From Marispirochaeta sp. (GTDB lineage Bacteria; Spirochaetota; Spirochaetia; JC444; Marispirochaetaceae), in assembly GCA_963676835.2 (NCBI GenBank), contig CAXXFF010000002.1, forward strand, positions 1,440,001 through 1,504,000: a stretch of DNA of 64,000 nucleotides. The letters are read 5' to 3'. Below, in pieces: positions 60,679 to 64,000 of this stretch; the first letter of the stretch is position 1, and each line of letters opens with the position of its first letter. A program made the position numbers and the translations under genes. Under the pieces are notes generated by a model. That model had not been told where the DNA came from. It ran no database searches and saw only the letters and a program-made list of their open reading frames with translations.

Positions 60679-62400
60679 TTATTCTGCTTCCAGGGGAATA
60701 AAGTCAAACCGGGTAACATCAAAAAGCCCCATGTCGGTGAGCTTCAGTTCCGGAATAACCGGCAGGGCCAGAAAAGAGAGGCTCATAAAGGGATCGATTT
60801 TCCTGCTTATGCCCAGTTTTTCCCAGGCGATCCGGTTTAATTCTGCCAGCTGCCGGTTTACTTCGTCCCCTGTCCGGTTGGACATGAGTCCACCAATGGG
60901 GAGTTCCAGTGTTCCTGCAATGGTGCCTCCGGAGGAAATGGTCATGCCTCCCTGACAGCGGATCAGCGCTTCTGCGGCAATCAGCATGTCTTCATCATTA
61001 TCCCCTATCACTATAAGATTGTGGGAGTCGTGAGCAATGGTTGTGGCCAGGGCACCGTTTTTCAACTGAAACCCTTCCACCAGTCCGAGGCCGATATTGC
61101 CGGTACCTTTATGCCGTTCTATTACCGCCAGTTTGGCGATATCCAGTTTGGGGCTGTAAACAAAGGCCCCGTCTTTAACTTCAACCTTGCGTACAGCTTT
61201 TTCCGTTATAAGAGAGCCCGGGTGCAGGTGAATTATATGGACCAGATCGCTTGTAAGGGGCAGCCGGAAACTCTCTCCGGCAAGCTCTTTTACCTGTACA
61301 CTGCCGGATACGGTACGTATATCCGGTTCTGATACTGAAAACAGGGGGGTGAGATTCTCTGCTGCCAGCTTGCCTTTCTTGTACACCTCCAGGGGGGTAA
61401 AGCTGCGGAGGTTATCTACCACCAGAATATCGGCATCGTAGCCGGGGGCCAGGGCTCCTTTCTGTTTGAGTCCGTAGCCTTCGGCGGCATTAATGGTTGC
61501 CATCTGAATTGCCGTCAGCGGGTCCAGCCCGTTTTCAATGGCAAGGCGCAGGTTGTGGTCTATATGGCCTTCGCTGAATATCTCTTCCGGCTGTTTGTCA
61601 TCGGTGCAGAAAGAGCAGCGCCGGGAGGTGCTGCCGTCCACCCCTTTGACCAGGGAGGAGAGGTTTCTTGCGGCAGAGCCTTCCCTGATAAGAACCCGCA
61701 TCCCGAGGCGAAGCCGTTCCCGCATCTCCTCCAGGGTGGAGCATTCATGGTCGGTTTCGATCCCTGCCGCTCTGTACGCCGAGAGAGCCTTCCCTTCCAG
61801 CATGGGGCTGTGTCCGTCTATGGGTTTTCCACGATCCGCTGCTATCGCAATTTTCTTAAGAGTTTCAGAGTCTCCATTAACCACCGACGGGTAGTCCATC
61901 ATCTCCCCAAGGCCAAGTACTGCTTCATCATCTATCAGCTCTGCAAGCAGTGTCGAATCCAGCACTGCTCCGGCATTTTCAAAGCCCGTGGCTGGTACGC
62001 AGGAAGGAAGCATAAAATAGACATTCAGGGGAAGGTTTCCGGAGGCGTTTATCATATAGCGGATGCCCGCCAGGCCGGCTACATTGGCAATTTCGTGGGG
62101 GTCGGCAATGACCGTGGTTGTTCCCCGGGGAACAACAATACGGGCAAACTGTTCCGGGGAAAGCAGGGAAGATTCAATGTGCACATGGCTGTCAATCAGT
62201 CCGGGAATAAGGTATTTGCCGTGAAGGTCCTTCTCTTCTTTCCCTTCGTAGGCGCCGATGCCGGCGATAACTCCCTGATCAACCGCAAGGCTCGCCTCTA
62301 TTGTTTCATGGGTAAAAACATTAACAATCAGTCCGTTTTTCAGCACCAGGTCCGCTTTCCTGCGTCCCATGGCCACATCGATCAGCCGTTTTCTGTCCAT
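60679..62400 (-). CDS. ade: Adenine deaminase
   Basis: DSHVHIESS, ADPHEIANV, DGHSP, TDHEC, CTDD, AHDSHN, LALPVIPELK. Confidence 0.96.
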   Translation of the reverse strand: MDRKRLIDVAMGRRKADLVLKNGLIVNVFTHETIEASLAVDQGVIAGIGAYEGKEEKDLHGKYLIPGLIDSHVHIESSLLSPEQFARIVVPRGTTTVIADPHEIANVAGLAGIRYMINASGNLPLNVYFMLPSCVPATGFENAGAVLDSTLLAELIDDEAVLGLGEMMDYPSVVNGDSETLKKIAIAADRGKPIDGHSPMLEGKALSAYRAAGIETDHECSTLEEMRERLRLGMRVLIREGSAARNLSSLVKGVDGSTSRRCSFCTDDKQPEEIFSEGHIDHNLRLAIENGLDPLTAIQMATINAAEGYGLKQKGALAPGYDADILVVDNLRSFTPLEVYKKGKLAAENLTPLFSVSEPDIRTVSGSVQVKELAGESFRLPLTSDLVHIIHLHPGSLITEKAVRKVEVKDGAFVYSPKLDIAKLAVIERHKGTGNIGLGLVEGFQLKNGALATTIAHDSHNLIVIGDNDEDMLIAAEALIRCQGGMTISSGGTIAGTLELPIGGLMSNRTGDEVNRQLAELNRIAWEKLGISRKIDPFMSLSFLALPVIPELKLTDMGLFDVTRFDFIPLEAE

Positions 62401-62455
62401 GCTGCGCCCCCTCTGTCTTATATTAAGGATACTTCTCTCTTTCATGCTGCGCAAT

Positions 62456-62486
62456 AAAAAAGCCCTTCCGGTAACCGGGAAGAGGC
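62456..62486 (-). terminator. Terminator hairpin in the ade 5' leader
   Basis: - strand GCCTCTTCCCGG-TTA-CCGGAAGGGC followed by T6, about 55 nt before the ade start. Confidence 0.65.
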
Positions 62487-62529
62487 GGCTTGATCAAACG
62501 GGAAGGTTTGCAAAGTTATAACTACTTAT

Positions 62530-62573
62530 TTGAGCCCCTATTCAGCCTCTATTCAGTCTCTATTCAGTCTCTA
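62530..62573. repeat. Four tandem 11-bp repeats (TTCAGYCTCTA)
   Basis: TTGAGCCCCTA, TTCAGCCTCTA, TTCAGTCTCTA, TTCAGTCTCTA. Confidence 0.85.
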
Positions 62574-62594
62574 TAGGGAGGGAAAAGCCTGAGA

Positions 62595-62627
62595 AAACTT
62601 GACAGCTTTTCTGTCGAGTTTTACTAT
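62595..62627 (+). promoter_or_regulatory. sigma70 promoter overlapped by an inverted repeat
   Basis: TTGACA-17-TACTAT (62599-62627), with AAAACTTGACAG-N5-CTGTCGAGTTTT covering the -35. Confidence 0.75.
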
Positions 62628-62800
62628 GATTTTAAAAGGTTCTGCGGGAACACGATAAAGTTAAGCTGTCACGTGCAGTTGAACTGATTTTTCCTATTCT
62701 TTTTTTCAGGTTAAACCCAAAAAGAGTAGCTTTATCTGTATTTACAGATTGGCTATTCAGATCAGTTCTCTACTGTATGGAACTGTTAAAGGGGTGTCGT

Positions 62801-64000
62801 ATGATCGTAAAAAACGGTCTTGTCGCTTTCTCCGGGGAAGATGAGTTTCTCCAGAAAGATCTCCGCCTGGAAAACGGGAAGATTGCAGAAATCGGCCGGG
62901 ATCTCACCGGGCCCGATATTATTGACGCTTCAGGTATGCATGTTCTCCCCGGAGGCATCGATCCTCATGTTCACTTTTACGATCCCGGATATACAGAAAA
63001 GGAAGATTTTCTCCACGGTACCGCCGCTGCAGCTTCCGGCGGAATTACCACAATTATTGATATGCCCTGCACCTCGGTTCCGCCGGTTACCGATGCAGCA
63101 AGTCTAAAAAACAAACTCGAAATTGTGCAGCCCAAGGCTCACATTGACTTTGCCTTTTTCGGTGGAGTATCACGGCAGCTTTTTGATTCCGGATACGAAG
63201 CAGCCATGGCTTCCATCAGCCGTGATGTCATGGGCTATAAGGTATACTCAGTCTCCGGTATGGAAGATGTCTGGGGGGCCCTGGATCATTTCCGTTTCCG
63301 TAAAGTACTTGAGACTGCCAGAGATTTAGGCGTTATTATTCTTCTCCACGCTGAAGATGCGGAGTATGTGGACAATGCTTCTGAGTATTATAAGAAGGAA
63401 GGAACCTCTGCCCGTCAATGGTACGATGCCCGGCCCGAACTTGCTGAAGTTCTTGCGGTTTCCAGTGCAGCCCGGATTCTTAAGGAAACCGGCGGGAACC
63501 TGCATATCGTACATATCGGTTCCGCGGAAGCGGCGGCAATGCTGAACACCTTTCGTCCCGGAGATAAAGAGGCTGTGCTTACCGGGGAAACCTGCCCCCA
63601 GTATCTTGCTTTTAATCTTGATGATTTTCTGGCTCAGGGAGCGGCTCTGAAAATATCTCCTCCCATAAAACCCGATGGTAACCAGCGGCAGCTGCACGCA
63701 TTTCTGAAAGACGGCACGCTCTCCTTTGTTACCTCCGATCATGCTCCGGGAACAAAAGAAGAGAAGGCTCCCGGTGACATCTGGTGCAATTCCGCCGGCA
63801 TCGCAGGCACGGGGACCATTCTTCCCTATCTCTACTCAGAGCTTTTTACTGCAGGGGAACTGCGGCTTTCCCGCTTTCTGGAGATAATCAGCGAGGGAGC
63901 CGCAAAGCGGTACCGTTTTTTTGACCGCAAGGGATCAATCGAAATCGGCAAGGATGCTGATCTTGTCATGATCGATCCGAATAAGAACTGGACAGTACAG
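62801..64000 (+). CDS. Cyclic amidohydrolase, allantoinase/dihydroorotase-like (3' truncated; absent from the ORF track)
   Basis: Hand translation MIVKNG...PGGIDPHVHFYDPG...GGITTIIDMPCTSVPP...LHAED...SDHAP. SD AAGGGG. Confidence 0.88.
   Translation, partial: MIVKNGLVAFSGEDEFLQKDLRLENGKIAEIGRDLTGPDIIDASGMHVLPGGIDPHVHFYDPGYTEKEDFLHGTAAAASGGITTIIDMPCTSVPPVTDAASLKNKLEIVQPKAHIDFAFFGGVSRQLFDSGYEAAMASISRDVMGYKVYSVSGMEDVWGALDHFRFRKVLETARDLGVIILLHAEDAEYVDNASEYYKKEGTSARQWYDARPELAEVLAVSSAARILKETGGNLHIVHIGSAEAAAMLNTFRPGDKEAVLTGETCPQYLAFNLDDFLAQGAALKISPPIKPDGNQRQLHAFLKDGTLSFVTSDHAPGTKEEKAPGDIWCNSAGIAGTGTILPYLYSELFTAGELRLSRFLEIISEGAAKRYRFFDRKGSIEIGKDADLVMIDPNKNWTVQ

Noticed and set aside
61555..62457. 300-aa antisense ORF
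   Set aside because: Shadow of ade.
62401..62640. Canonical purine riboswitch upstream of ade
   Set aside because: No recognisable aptamer core (UAUGG loop, UUUCUACC, CCGUAAA) on the - strand.

Overview
A gene-dense bacterial chromosome segment. The many lipoproteins with short hydrophobic leaders and the gene mix suggest a free-living anaerobic spirochaete (inference, not proven). It contains five two-component loci, katG, alpha-2-macroglobulin plus pbpC, an Fe/B12-type ABC transporter and ybaK. Purine/molybdenum genes are dispersed through it (mobA, XDH-family Mo and 2Fe-2S subunits, mocA-like, carbamate kinase, adenine deaminase, a truncated allantoinase-like gene). Toxin-antitoxin content is three type II pairs, an orphan HipB-like gene and a decayed MNT-HEPN pair. 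Also present: an intact IS66 with an 8-bp target duplication, tRNA-fMet, a 9-repeat InlB-B lipoprotein and a 1145-aa ankyrin protein. Best candidates for undescribed biology: (1) a plant-type galacturonokinase coupled to a sugar-1-P nucleotidyltransferase; (2) a sigma54-driven orphan Nif11-like peptide with a Cys/Ser tail; (3) a DUF2271/DUF4405/porin/FMN-binding flavinylation module; (4) an array of split tRNA-3'-end copies with variable hairpin inserts beside tRNA-fMet; (5) candidate attenuator/riboswitch leaders in front of three purine-catabolic genes. All family assignments were made by motif recognition; no database search was run.
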